Part shown: positions 35,365 through 45,566 of the stretch, piece after piece
Layout of the letters: each line of letters begins with the position of its first letter
Numbering within the stretch: the stretch's first letter is position 1
Assembly (NCBI GenBank): GCA_001513145.1
Contig: LFSP01000021.1
Coordinates: 15,934 to 79,933 of the forward strand
DNA: 64,000 nt
Source of the DNA: Clostridia bacterium DTU025
GTDB lineage: Bacteria > Bacillota > DTU025
Direction of reading: 5' to 3'
Notes under the pieces: model-generated
Seen by the model: only the letters and a program-made list of their open reading frames with translations
Database searches by the model: none
Told to the model about the DNA's origin: nothing
Position numbers and translations under genes: made by a program

Positions 35365-37950
35365 ATGAGAGTACGGAGCGGAGGGCGCGCTTTGAGGGCA
35401 TCGCGCTTCATAGACTCGCTGACATCGTCTTACGACTACAAGGGACAGATCGTCCACATAGAGACCATCCCCGCAAGGAGCGCCAGCTACGGCAGGCTCG
35501 ATCCGCCCCTTAGCGCTGCGCTGCAACGGGTGGTGGAGGGGCTTGGCGTCAGGGAGCTGTACACCCATCAGGTATCGGCTATCGAGCATGCCAGGGCAGG
35601 GCGGCACGTGGTGGTGGTGACCGGAACCGCCAGCGGGAAGACGCTGTGCTACAACATCCCTGTGGTGGAGCGCATAATGTCTGACCCCGCTGCAACGGCG
35701 CTCTACGTGTTCCCCACCAAGGCTCTTACCCAGGACCAGCAGCGGGGTCTTGCCCGCATCGCGGAGCTGGGCGGCCCTGAGCTGCGCTTGAGGTCGGGGG
35801 CGTACGACGGCGACACGCCTGACTCCACCCGCCGCAAGCTCAGGGAAGAGGCCAACGTGATCCTCACCAACCCTGACATGCTGCACCAGGGCATACTGCC
35901 GTCACATCCCGCGTGGCGCAGGTTCTTTGCGGGCCTCCGCTACGTGGTCATCGACGAGATACACGCCTATCGCGGGGTGTTCGGGTCAAACGTGGGCAAC
36001 GTCATCCGGCGCCTGAAGCGGATATGCGCGCATTACGGCTCGTCTCCCACGTTTATCTGCTGCTCGGCGACGATAGCGAATCCCGGGGAACTGGCCTCCG
36101 CCATCGTCGACGAAGAGGTGCGCGTCGTTGATAACGACGGCTCTCCCAGGGGCAGGCGGCTGTTCGTGCTGTGGAACCCGCCGCGCCTTGAGGGCAGCAT
36201 GGAGCGGCGTAGCGCCAACCGAGAGGCCGAGCGGCTCATGACGAAGCTCATCTCCGAAGGCGTGCCCACCATCACCTTCGTGAGGGCGCGGGTGGTGGCG
36301 GAGCTGATCTACAGGTACGTGGTGGAGGCCCTGCGCAGGGAAGCACCGTCGCTTGCGTCCAAGGTCAAGCCGTACAGGGGAGGGTACCTGCCCAGCGAGC
36401 GCCGGGAGATAGAGAGGCAGCTGTTTTCCGGGGAGCTCCTTGGAGTGGTCAGCACCAACGCGCTGGAGCTAGGGATAGACATCGGATCCCTCGATGCCAG
36501 CCTCATAGTGGGCTATCCCGGCACCGTGGCGTCAGTCTGGCAGCAGGCGGGGAGGGCAGGCAGAAGCACCGAGGAGAGCCTGTCTGTTTTCGTCGCGCAC
36601 GATCTGCCCATCGACCAGTACCTCATGAGGCATCCTGAATACTTCTTCGGCCAGTCTCCAGAGAACGCCATAGTGAACCCGGGCAACCCGTATATACTCG
36701 TGGGGCACCTAAGGGCGGCCGCGGCGGAGATACCCATCTCCGCCAGGGAGCTGGAGGGGTTCGGGCAGTACGCGGCGGCGCTGGTGCAGATCCTAGAGGA
36801 GCGAGGGGACCTGCTACGCAGCAGGGTTGGGTGGAGGTTCACGGGCCGGGGATTCCCCGCAGCCGACGTCAAGCTGCGAAACATGGCCGACAACACCTAC
36901 ACCATCATTGACACGTCCTCGCCCGGGGGAAACAGGGTTATCGGGACCATCGACGAAGTGTCAGCTTTCGAGCAGGTGCATCCTGAGGCCGTGTATATGC
37001 ACGACGGTGAGACCTACCTGGTGTCGGACTTGAACCTCAAGGAGCGCACGGCCTACGTGCACAAGGCGGATCTGGACTACTTCACGCAGTCCATCACGGA
37101 GACGCGGGTGAAGGCGGACCAGGCGGAGCAGGCCCGTAAGTGGCGGCAGAGCCGGGTGGAGTTCGGCGACGTGACGGTAACCAGCCTCACGTTCATGTTC
37201 CGGAAGATCAAGTTCTACGAGCGCGACAGCATCGGCTTCGGCAAGGTGGACCTGCCGCAGCACGAGCTTGCCACTACGGCTGCATGGATCGAGCTGCCGC
37301 ATTCAGCTGCGGTGCGAGCTGCGGAATACGGGCGAATAGCTTCGGAAGGGCTCATTGGCATAGGTAACGCCGCGTCGGCGGTGATCCCGCTGTTTGCCAT
37401 GTGCGACCCGTCGGACATCGGCACTGTCGTGGATTCTGCCAACACCGGAGTGCCGACGCTGTTCATCTACGACAGGCATCCCGGGGGCGTGGGATATGCG
37501 CAGAAGAGCTACAACATGATCGAAGAGGTGATGCAGGCCTGCCTCAACCTCATCGAACGGTGCCCGTGCACATCTGGGTGCCCGTCGTGCGTGGGCTCCC
37601 CGATACCTCCTTACGCACAGCAAGATCCCGACACGACGCCGCGCGGCCGCATTCCCGATAAGGAGACAGCGCTGATCATCCTGCACGAGATGTTGGAGCG
37701 GGAGCCGTATGTGCCCCGCACCCCCGCAAGGAGCTGGGGACGGATGCCGGATTACGACGCTGGCTTGGATCCGAACTCCGGATGGGGGGGCCACGCCGAC
37801 GGGAACGGCCCCGGGGAGAACGGGGCCGCCGGATTCGGAGCGGCAGGGTCACGTGCGCCGGAGGCTCCGGACGACCGCGATGTACGCATAAAGGTCGTCC
37901 CGTTGCCGGAGGGAGTGGAGCGCAGGATTAGAAAAATGATACAAAGGTGA
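35365..37950 (+). CDS. mrfA: MrfA/YprA-like DEAD/DEAH-box helicase with C-terminal DUF1998 (Zn-Cys4) domain
   Basis: Helicase motifs TGTASGKTLCY (I), DEIH (II), SAT-like CSAT, HRGG-like GRAGR (VI). C-terminal CPCTSGCPSCVGSP Cys4 cluster characteristic of DUF1998. Extra Gly-rich C-terminal tail. Confidence 0.8.
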   Translation: MRVRSGGRALRASRFIDSLTSSYDYKGQIVHIETIPARSASYGRLDPPLSAALQRVVEGLGVRELYTHQVSAIEHARAGRHVVVVTGTASGKTLCYNIPVVERIMSDPAATALYVFPTKALTQDQQRGLARIAELGGPELRLRSGAYDGDTPDSTRRKLREEANVILTNPDMLHQGILPSHPAWRRFFAGLRYVVIDEIHAYRGVFGSNVGNVIRRLKRICAHYGSSPTFICCSATIANPGELASAIVDEEVRVVDNDGSPRGRRLFVLWNPPRLEGSMERRSANREAERLMTKLISEGVPTITFVRARVVAELIYRYVVEALRREAPSLASKVKPYRGGYLPSERREIERQLFSGELLGVVSTNALELGIDIGSLDASLIVGYPGTVASVWQQAGRAGRSTEESLSVFVAHDLPIDQYLMRHPEYFFGQSPENAIVNPGNPYILVGHLRAAAAEIPISARELEGFGQYAAALVQILEERGDLLRSRVGWRFTGRGFPAADVKLRNMADNTYTIIDTSSPGGNRVIGTIDEVSAFEQVHPEAVYMHDGETYLVSDLNLKERTAYVHKADLDYFTQSITETRVKADQAEQARKWRQSRVEFGDVTVTSLTFMFRKIKFYERDSIGFGKVDLPQHELATTAAWIELPHSAAVRAAEYGRIASEGLIGIGNAASAVIPLFAMCDPSDIGTVVDSANTGVPTLFIYDRHPGGVGYAQKSYNMIEEVMQACLNLIERCPCTSGCPSCVGSPIPPYAQQDPDTTPRGRIPDKETALIILHEMLEREPYVPRTPARSWGRMPDYDAGLDPNSGWGGHADGNGPGENGAAGFGAAGSRAPEAPDDRDVRIKVVPLPEGVERRIRKMIQR

Positions 37951-38051
37951 CACAGGCAAGATATCGTTGACAACTGGTCCGACGCGATGTATACTCATGC
38001 AACAGAAACCAATAAGTAAACTATTGCGAATACATCGAGAGGGGACGCGTT

Positions 38052-38795
38052 GTGATGAAGAAGACTCTTGCCATTGTTTGTGTGTTATTGACTGTCGCTG
38101 TCATGCTTTCGGGAGTGGCGGGCGCCGCGAATCCAGTTGTCAAAGTGGCCACCAGCGCTGACTTCCCGCCCTTCGAATACCAGGATGAGAAGACCGGCGA
38201 ATTCCTGGGATTCGATATCGACCTCATGATGGCCCTGGGCAAGCAGATGGGCATGGATGTGCAGTTCATCAACACTGCATGGGACGGCCTGATCCCCGGT
38301 CTGCTCACCGGCAACTATGACTGCATCATCTCGGCGATGACCATCACCGAGGAGAGGGCGAAGGCGGTTAACTTTTCAGATCCGTACTTCAACGCAGGAC
38401 AGGTCATCGTCACGCTGAAGACGAATGAGTCCATCAAGAGCGTCGACGATCTGGTCGGAAAGACCGTGTCAGTCCAGATAGGCACCACCGGCGACCTTGC
38501 TGCGTCCGAGCTCAAGGGCGTTACCGTGAAGCGCTTCAACCTCGCCCCTGACGCCATTCAGGAGGTCAGGAACGGGGCGGCCGACGCCTGCATCATTGAC
38601 CTGGCGGTGGCGGCTGAGATAGCAGCCGAGTACGGCGACATCAAGTTCGGCGAGCCCTTCACCGAGGAGCTGTACGGCATCGCCCTGGCGAAGAACAACA
38701 CCGCCCTGTTGGCCAAGGTCAACGAGGCGCTGGCGGCGCTGAAGGCGTCAGGCGAGTACGACGAGATCTTCGATAAGTGGTTTGGCGCCAAGTAG
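38052..38795 (+). CDS. Polar amino-acid ABC transporter substrate-binding protein
   Basis: Signal peptide plus SBP_bac_3 motifs (VKVATSADFPPFEY...WDGLIPGLLTGNYDCIISAMTIT). Confidence 0.85.
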   Translation: MMKKTLAIVCVLLTVAVMLSGVAGAANPVVKVATSADFPPFEYQDEKTGEFLGFDIDLMMALGKQMGMDVQFINTAWDGLIPGLLTGNYDCIISAMTITEERAKAVNFSDPYFNAGQVIVTLKTNESIKSVDDLVGKTVSVQIGTTGDLAASELKGVTVKRFNLAPDAIQEVRNGAADACIIDLAVAAEIAAEYGDIKFGEPFTEELYGIALAKNNTALLAKVNEALAALKASGEYDEIFDKWFGAK

Positions 38796-38896
38796 AGGGC
38801 TGAACCCCTTGGCATGCGGTGCCGCAGTCTGGCCCGGAGCCGGACTGCGGCGTCAGCACGCCCCGATATCATGTTTGCATGTATGGAGGAGTACGA

Positions 38897-39556
38897 GTGA
38901 ACCTTGACTTCTCGATAATCCCGGGGGTCATGCCTGCTCTGCTCGCCGGCGCGAGGCTAACGGTGGAGTTGGCGACCATAGCCGTGGCAATAGGCCTGGT
39001 GATCGGGTCATTCGTTGGGATCGCTAGGGTGGGCCATGTTCGCATCGTGAGGCTGCTGGCCGGCGCGTATGTGGATTTCATAAGAGGGACTCCGCTGCTG
39101 GTGCAGCTGTTTCTTGTGTACTTCGGCTTGCCGTCTCTCATCGGCAGGCCGGTTCCGCCCTTTGTGGCCGCGATAGCGGCGATGGGCATCAACAGCGGCG
39201 CATACGTTGCCGAAATTGTCAGGGCGGGGATTCAGGCCATCGACAGGGGGCAGACGGAAGCCGCGAGGTCGCTTGGCCTCACCGCCGCGCAGACCATGAG
39301 ATACGTGATATTCCCCCAGGCGATACGGCGGATCATCCCTCCCCTGGGCAACGAGTTCATCGCCCTCCTGAAGGACTCGTCGCTGGTGTCGGTGATAGCC
39401 CTGGAGGAGCTGCTTCGGAAAGGGCAGGTGGTGATCACCAGGACGTTCCGTCCGTTCGAGGTGTACACGGTTATCGCCATCCTGTACCTCATCATGACCC
39501 TGGCCATCTCCAAGCTGGTGAGCTGGTCTGAGAGGAAGCTGAAGATAGTTGATTGA
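38897..39556 (+). CDS. Polar amino-acid ABC transporter permease (His/Gln/Arg family)
   Basis: EAA loop ([22 protein letters not shown]). Start trimmed to a GTG after a GGAGGAG RBS. Confidence 0.85.
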   Translation: MNLDFSIIPGVMPALLAGARLTVELATIAVAIGLVIGSFVGIARVGHVRIVRLLAGAYVDFIRGTPLLVQLFLVYFGLPSLIGRPVPPFVAAIAAMGINSGAYVAEIVRAGIQAIDRGQTEAARSLGLTAAQTMRYVIFPQAIRRIIPPLGNEFIALLKDSSLVSVIALEELLRKGQVVITRTFRPFEVYTVIAILYLIMTLAISKLVSWSERKLKIVD

Positions 39557-40271
39557 GACGAAAGGCCTGAAGAAGTCCTTTGGCAAGCTAGAGGTGCTCA
39601 AGGGAATCGACGCGAAAATCGAGCCCCATGAAGTGGTGGTGGTGATAGGCCCGTCTGGTTCGGGCAAGAGCACCTTCCTTCGCTGTCTCAACCTCCTCGA
39701 GAGGCCCACAGCGGGCGAGATATACTTCGCGGGCAAGTGCATAACGGCGCCGCACACCAACGTGAACGAGGTCAGGCGCGAGATGGGCATGGTGTTCCAG
39801 CAGTTCAACCTCTTCCCGCATCTCACGGTGCTGGAGAACATCACGTTGGGTCCGATCAAGGTGAGGCGGATGCCTCTGGAGGACGCCCGCAAGGTCGCCA
39901 GGGAGCTTCTGAAGAAAGTGGGCATCAGCGAGAAGGAGTCGGCCTACCCGGCGGAGCTTTCAGGAGGCCAGCAGCAGCGGGTGGCTATCGCAAGGGCGCT
40001 AGCGATGAAGCCTGCGGCGATGCTCTTCGACGAGCCCACGTCGGCGCTGGACCCTGAGATGATCGGCGAGGTCCTCGAGGTCATGAAGAGTCTGGCGCGG
40101 GAGGGCATGACCATGGTGGTGGTCACCCACGAGATGGGTTTCGCACGGGAAGTCGGGCACCGCGTGCTGTTCATGGACGACGGGCGCATCGTGGAGGAGG
40201 GCCCGCCGTTGAAGCTGCTTACATCGCCGAAAAATCCCAGGACTGCATCGTTCCTCAGCAAGGTGCTGTAA
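39549..40271 (+). CDS. Polar amino-acid ABC transporter ATP-binding protein (GlnQ-like)
   Basis: [35 protein letters not shown]. Confidence 0.9.
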   Translation: MIETKGLKKSFGKLEVLKGIDAKIEPHEVVVVIGPSGSGKSTFLRCLNLLERPTAGEIYFAGKCITAPHTNVNEVRREMGMVFQQFNLFPHLTVLENITLGPIKVRRMPLEDARKVARELLKKVGISEKESAYPAELSGGQQQRVAIARALAMKPAAMLFDEPTSALDPEMIGEVLEVMKSLAREGMTMVVVTHEMGFAREVGHRVLFMDDGRIVEEGPPLKLLTSPKNPRTASFLSKVL

Positions 40272-40351
40272 GGTTAGGGCGCCCTGAGACCAGGGCCCCA
40301 GGCATACGACGCCTCCCGCTCCCAATAAGGATTAGGGCGGGAGGCGGTTGC

Positions 40352-41086
40352 ATGTACGCGGGTCTGAATGGTCTGAAGGGGCTTAAGGGGGTCATGGGTT
40401 CCGAGCGTTTCAAGGGCTTGAAGACCGTACTGGGCTCCAAGCGCACGAGAGTCCTGGTGGTGGCGGCTGTGGGCCTGGTGTTGGTGGGGGTTGCGGCGGC
40501 GGTCTGCCTCGAGCTTCCGGCGGGGCAGGCGCTGCCAGCCCGCCTGCGGGAGCTGGCGAGGTCATGGCTGAGGGGGCTTGCGCGGGATGGCCCCGACGGG
40601 GAGCAGTTCGTGCCTACAAAGCCGGTGCCGACGCCGCCTCCGGTGGCGCCTTCGCCGGGCTACAGGCGGCCTGACCTGCCCGGGGAGGGGGCTGCCGGGT
40701 TGGAGGCGGATGAAGGGCGTGTTGTGGTGCTGTGCTTCGTCAGCACCACGTCAGGGCCCAGCGTCGCGCAGCTTCCGGCGTTGGGAAGGCTAGCCGACAC
40801 GTACCCTGGCATACGCGTGCTTCTCGTGGCGGTGGGGGAGAAGCCCGAGGGTCTTGCGGAGTGGCTAAGCGCGAGGCAGGTCCATCCCGATGTCGCGGCT
40901 CGGGCGGTGGCGGACCCTGGGGGAGCCGAAGCCCAGCGATGGAAGGTGACGGCCGCTCCCACCACCTTCGTGATAAGGGCAGACGACATCGTTGATTGGC
41001 TGCGGGTTGGAGTGGCAAGCTACGATGAGCTGGCCGAGGCGGTCAGGCGCGCCGACGCCGGGCCCGAGGCTGGCGCTTGCGACTGA
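40352..41086 (+). CDS. Membrane-anchored redoxin/TlpA-fold protein lacking the CXXC active site (SGPS in its place)
   Basis: TM anchor. Thioredoxin-fold pattern VVVLCFVSTTSGPSVAQLP, where TlpA/ResA have W-C-x-x-C. Pro-rich linker. Confidence 0.45.
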   Translation: MYAGLNGLKGLKGVMGSERFKGLKTVLGSKRTRVLVVAAVGLVLVGVAAAVCLELPAGQALPARLRELARSWLRGLARDGPDGEQFVPTKPVPTPPPVAPSPGYRRPDLPGEGAAGLEADEGRVVVLCFVSTTSGPSVAQLPALGRLADTYPGIRVLLVAVGEKPEGLAEWLSARQVHPDVAARAVADPGGAEAQRWKVTAAPTTFVIRADDIVDWLRVGVASYDELAEAVRRADAGPEAGACD

Positions 41087-41969
41087 CGGGGAACTGCGAT
41101 GCGAAAAGCCAAGGCGCCCCTGCCGTGACCCACAGGGCGATGATCAGGTACCTCAGCATGTGGAAGACGGGACCTGCCGGGAAGACTGCCTTCAGCCCGT
41201 ACCGGAGCGCCATCACACCGGCTAGGCCCACGAGGACCTTGTACACTTGAACCGCAAACGGTGCCGCTTCCTGGAAGCGTACGCGGGTGCGCTCGATGTG
41301 GCGGCCGATGAACGCTCCGGCGAGGAAGCCCAGGATGTTGGCGAGGCCGTCTGCCAGCCCTGGTCTGAGGGAGGCGGCTGCCAAGAGCCCGGAAGGGATG
41401 GCTATGGATGCCGTGATCGCCCAGGGGGCGCTCACTGTCTTCCTGTTGCTGAAAAAACCATCCACAAGCAGGTACGCGGCGGCCACCACCAGGCCCAGTG
41501 CGCCCCCTACGAGGACGTCGGTGGGGGAGTGCACGGTGGCGTAAACCCTGGTGAAGCCCACAATAGCTATGAGAGAGGCCGCAAGCCACGCGGCCCATCG
41601 CCTTCGGGCGTGAAGGGCGAGGTAGCCCCAGAAGGTGGCGGTGGTCTGGGCGTGGCCGCTGGGGAACGACCAGCCGGTGCCGGTGGTGAGGAGGAAGTCG
41701 GGCGCGCCGAGATGGGGGTAGAGCACGTACGGCCTGGGGATCTGGAAGACGTCCTTCAGCGCGATGTTGATCCCTCCGGAGATCACCGTGACAATGCCCA
41801 GGCTGAGGCCGAGAGTCTTGTTGAGGCACCAGTACACGATGGGCACCGCCGTTATGAAGAACTCCGTCGAGCCCAGGTCGGTCAGCAGGCGCACGATGCG
41901 GTCCAGCGCAGGGGAGGAAATGCTCCGCAGAGCTTCGAAGATCTCCGGGCCCCACACCATGTATACCAC
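41043..41969 (-). CDS. PAP2-family lipid phosphatase (undecaprenyl-PP / PG-phosphate phosphatase-like)
   Basis: K-x6-RP (KDVFQIPRP), SFPSGHA, and YATVHSPTDV motifs. Its 3' end overlaps the redoxin-like gene by 44 nt. Confidence 0.75.
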   Translation of the reverse strand: MVYMVWGPEIFEALRSISSPALDRIVRLLTDLGSTEFFITAVPIVYWCLNKTLGLSLGIVTVISGGINIALKDVFQIPRPYVLYPHLGAPDFLLTTGTGWSFPSGHAQTTATFWGYLALHARRRWAAWLAASLIAIVGFTRVYATVHSPTDVLVGGALGLVVAAAYLLVDGFFSNRKTVSAPWAITASIAIPSGLLAAASLRPGLADGLANILGFLAGAFIGRHIERTRVRFQEAAPFAVQVYKVLVGLAGVMALRYGLKAVFPAGPVFHMLRYLIIALWVTAGAPWLFASQFPVSRKRQPRARRRRA

Positions 41970-42169
41970 CTCCAGAATCCGGTCGATGCCAGTAGTTCTA
42001 CTTCCGCACGCAGGTATCCTTTACCCACGGCCTGGCAGACGATTTGCGGGCCCGATTGCGATGCGATTCAGCACGTTCGCGCAGTTTGTGCTACAATTAA
42101 TGAAACCCGAGCCGCGACTTCACAGCGCCGTGCCGGCTGGAATCCATGGGCGACCGAAGGGGGACAAGC

Positions 42170-43141
42170 CACGTGATCTTCAGCATCGGCGACATCATGG
42201 TGGACGCCTACTTCCGCCTTCCGAGCCTGCTCACGCCGAGAACGGATACGGTGGGCAGGGTCGACTTGGTGCCTGGAGGATCGGCGGCCAACTTCGCCGT
42301 GTGGGTGGCACGTCAGGGCGCGCCTGCGGCGTTCATCGGCCGGGTCGGAAACGATTTCCTGGCCGAGGCGCTGCGCGCGGACCTTGCGGCCGAAGGCGTG
42401 CGCGCGTACCTGGCTCGCGACGAGGAGCTAGGGACGGGCAGGGTCGGCGTGGTGGTCTCGGAAGGCGGCGAGCGGGACATGATCTGTGACAGGCGGGCCA
42501 ACACGAGGCTGTGCATGGCGGACATCCCTGAAGACGATCTGAGGGAGCTAGGCACCTGGCTTCACGTTTCGGGGTACGCCCTGTTCGAGGAGGAGCCCAG
42601 GGAGGCGGCCCGCAGGGCCATGGACATCGCGCTAGAGGCCGGTATCCCCGTGTCAGTGGATCCGGCGTCGTATGGCTTCATCCGCGACATCGGGGTGGAC
42701 AGGTTTCTCCGGCTGTGCCGCGGAGCGCAGGTGTTCCTGCCGAACCGTGACGAGGCGATGGCGCTCACCGACATGTCGGATCCAGACGACATGCTGCTGG
42801 CGCTGGCCGACGTCTTCCCCGTGGTGGCGCTGAAACTGGGGGCCGACGGCAGCGCGGGCCTGGATCGGACTGGCCTCGGCTGCTACGGCGGCTGCTCCAC
42901 CGGCCACTCCCGAGGGCGCTTCGGGAGCCATTCCGCGGGTCGCTCCGTGGGTCGCTCCTACGGGGGATCCATCGTGCACGCCAGCCCCGTGCAGGTGGAG
43001 GCTGTTGACACCAACGGCGCCGGCGATGCCTTCGACGCGGGGTTCGTGGTGGAGTACTCCTCTGGAGGAGGTCTCGAAGCGGCCCTGATGCGCGGCAACG
43101 CCATGGGGGCCCGCGTGGCGGCAATGCACGGGGCAAGGTAG
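42170..43141 (+). CDS. PfkB-family carbohydrate/nucleoside kinase with a Gly/Ser/Arg-rich insertion
   Basis: GG motif (VPGGSAANFA) and DTNGAGDAF signature. A ~35-aa insertion (GLGCYGGCSTGHSRGRFGSHSAGRSVGRSYGGS) is encoded by short tandem DNA repeats. Confidence 0.75.
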   Translation, partial: HVIFSIGDIMVDAYFRLPSLLTPRTDTVGRVDLVPGGSAANFAVWVARQGAPAAFIGRVGNDFLAEALRADLAAEGVRAYLARDEELGTGRVGVVVSEGGERDMICDRRANTRLCMADIPEDDLRELGTWLHVSGYALFEEEPREAARRAMDIALEAGIPVSVDPASYGFIRDIGVDRFLRLCRGAQVFLPNRDEAMALTDMSDPDDMLLALADVFPVVALKLGADGSAGLDRTGLGCYGGCSTGHSRGRFGSHSAGRSVGRSYGGSIVHASPVQVEAVDTNGAGDAFDAGFVVEYSSGGGLEAALMRGNAMGARVAAMHGAR

Positions 43142-43186
43142 GGCCCGGCTGGCCGGTTGCCCGTCGCACGGTTACCCGGTTGGCGG

Positions 43187-43624
43187 TCACTTCGCCAGGA
43201 GTATCCGCCCGCCTACCGCGATCAGGATGATGCCGGCGATCTTTATCGGGCTGAACCTGATCGGCTCTGCGCCGAACCAGCCTAGGTGGTCGATGACTGC
43301 GGCGAAGCCGAGCTGGCCCAGGATGATGCCGGTGGTGGCGTTGACTGCCCCGGCTCTCTCGATGGCGTGCGCCACAGCCGCTGTGATGGCAGGCCCCACA
43401 AGGCCACCAGTGTATGCCCACCATGGGGCCTTGGCCAGGTTGCGCAGAGCGAGGTTGCCTGTGGTGCCGCTGAGCGTCATGTAGACGGCCGACACCACGG
43501 TGCCAGCGGCCATGACGATGAACGTGGCAACGCTCAGGCTGATGGCGGAGGATGCCGCGGCGTTCACAGCGCCTTGAAATGCCATGGCCACGCCGCTGAG
43601 GGCCGCTATGATAGTGGCGTACAT
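43187..43624 (-). CDS. Small DMT-superfamily membrane protein (DUF606/YdcZ-like)
   Basis: ~146 aa with 4-5 TM helices. Start trimmed to MYATIIAALSG. The longer N-terminus in the ORF track is less likely. Confidence 0.5.
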   Translation of the reverse strand: MYATIIAALSGVAMAFQGAVNAAASSAISLSVATFIVMAAGTVVSAVYMTLSGTTGNLALRNLAKAPWWAYTGGLVGPAITAAVAHAIERAGAVNATTGIILGQLGFAAVIDHLGWFGAEPIRFSPIKIAGIILIAVGGRILLAK

Positions 43625-43849
43625 CGTGTCCCCGCTTTCCTGTTTTCCAGTGATTCCCGTACAACGCCGAGCCGCTCTCTTCAGTATTCCCAGCGCGCCG
43701 GCATCGGTTGCGGCGATGGAGCGGAAGGAGTTGCCGCTCTCGGGTAGAATACTCATCCTGTTCAGTACCATTGGGAAGCAGAATGGGAGTTCATGTCGCT
43801 CTCCCGAGCTTCTCGAAAAATGTAGACCACAATGAGGAGGTAATGTGGA

Positions 43850-45460
43850 ATGCGCAGATTTGCGGCGATACTGGCCAGCGCGCTAGTGGTGATGATGCTG
43901 GCTACCACCGGCATAGTCGCCTAGGAGAGGCTCGCCCGCAACCAGAGGCTGAGCTACAACGTGGGTGCGGAGCCGGCAACCCTTGACCCCGCACTGTCCA
44001 CTGGTGTCCCGGAGGCCATCGTTGAGCTGAGCTGCTTCGAGGGTCTCACCAGGATGGACGCCAACAACATCCCCCAGCCTGCGATCGCAGAGAGCTGGAC
44101 CATCAGCGATGATGGGCTTGTGTACACTTTCAAGCTTCGCCAGGCTAAGTGGAACAATGGCGAACCTGTGACCGCTCATGACTTCGAGTGGTCGTGGAAG
44201 CGCGCTCTCGACCCCGAGACCGCTGCGGAGTACGCGTACCAGCTGTACTACATCAAGAACGGTGAAGCTTACAACACCGGAGCGATCACCGATCCCGACC
44301 TCGTAGGGGTCAAGGCCCTTGACGATTACACTCTCCAGGTGACGCTGGAACAGCCCACCACCTATTTCCTGCAGCTGTGCGCGTTCCCGACCCTCATGCC
44401 GGTCTACCGCAAGGTCGTGGAGGCCGACCCTGAGGCCTGGTTCTACAACGTCAACAACTACATCGGCAACGGCCCGTTCAAGATCGTGCGTTGGGAGCAC
44501 AACTCCAAGATCGATCTCGTGCCCAACGAGCATTACTGGAACAGGGACGCCATCAAGCTCACGAACCTCACCTTCTACCTCATCGAGGATACCCAGACCG
44601 CTCTGTCGATGTTCGATACGGGCGAGCTCGACATGTTCGATTCGCCGCCTGCCACCGAGATCGAGGGCCTGAAGCAGCGCGGCGTGCTCTTAATCAACGA
44701 CTACCTCGGCACCTACTACTACATGTTCAACGTCACCGCCGAGCCCCTCGATGACGTGCGCGTGCGCAAGGCGCTGACGATGGCCATCGACCGCCAGGAG
44801 CTCATCGACCGCGTGGTCCGCGGCGGCCAGCTGCCTGCCTACGCCTATGTGCCGTTCGGAATGCCGGGCGGAACCGTTGGCAGCGACTTCCGTGAGGAGG
44901 GCGGCGACCTCTACAAGGAGGACTTGGAGGAGGCCAAGAAGCTTCTGGCTGAGGCCGGCTACCCCGACGGCAAAGGCTTCCCGACCCTGGCGATCCTCTA
45001 CAACACCAGCGAGAACCACAAGAAGATCGCCGAAGCCATCCAGGAGATGTGGAAGAAGAACCTGGGCATCGACGTCAGGCTGACGAACCAGGAGTGGCAG
45101 GTCTACCTCGACTCCCGTGACGCCCTGGATTACCAGGTGGCGCGCGCGGGCTGGATCGGCGACTACGTGGATCCCATGACGTTCCTGGATATGTGGATGA
45201 CTGACAGCGGCAATAACGACTCCGGCTGGGGCAACCCCAGGTTCGACGAGCTCATCGTTGCCGCTCGCAGCAACATGGACCCCGCCGCACGCGCCAAGCA
45301 GCTGCATGAGGCGGAGAAGATCCTGATCGCCGACGAGATGGTGGTCATGCCGATCTACTTCTACACCAACCTGAACGTGGTCCAGCCGTGGGTGCGTGGC
45401 GTTGAGTTCTCGCCGCTCGGCTTCATCAACTTCGTCAACGCCTACGTGCTCGAGAGATAA
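43850..45460 (+). pseudogene. oppA: Oligopeptide ABC transporter substrate-binding protein OppA, interrupted by an in-frame TAG between the signal peptide and the mature domain
   Basis: ATG at 43850 with a GAGGAGG RBS encodes MRRFAAILASALVVMMLATTGIVA, then a TAG at ~43922-43924. The same frame continues ERLARNQRLSYNVGAEPATLDPAL..., the conserved OppA mature N-terminus. The ORF track restarts at the GTG at 43961. Confidence 0.5.
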
Positions 45461-45566
45461 GCCCTGAATCTCGTTTAGGTTCTTGACAGACGGAATCCAG
45501 TGTCCGGGGGCATGTGCGGGCAGCCGTCGCATGCCCCCGGTTCTAGCGTGACGGGAGCTGATACGC

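Noticed and set aside
35365-37950. DISARM-like defence system (DrmA/DrmB)
   Set aside because: The helicase and DUF1998 are fused in one ~860-aa protein (MrfA/YprA architecture). There is no PLD nuclease, methyltransferase or other defence gene nearby. Flanking genes are a LysM protein and an amino-acid transporter.
43922-43924. Programmed pyrrolysine/selenocysteine recoding at the oppA amber codon
   Set aside because: No downstream PYLIS-like element or pyl genes are visible in the window. TAG is used as a normal terminator for metG. A pseudogene or an assembly error is more parsimonious, and it is kept as a finding for verification.
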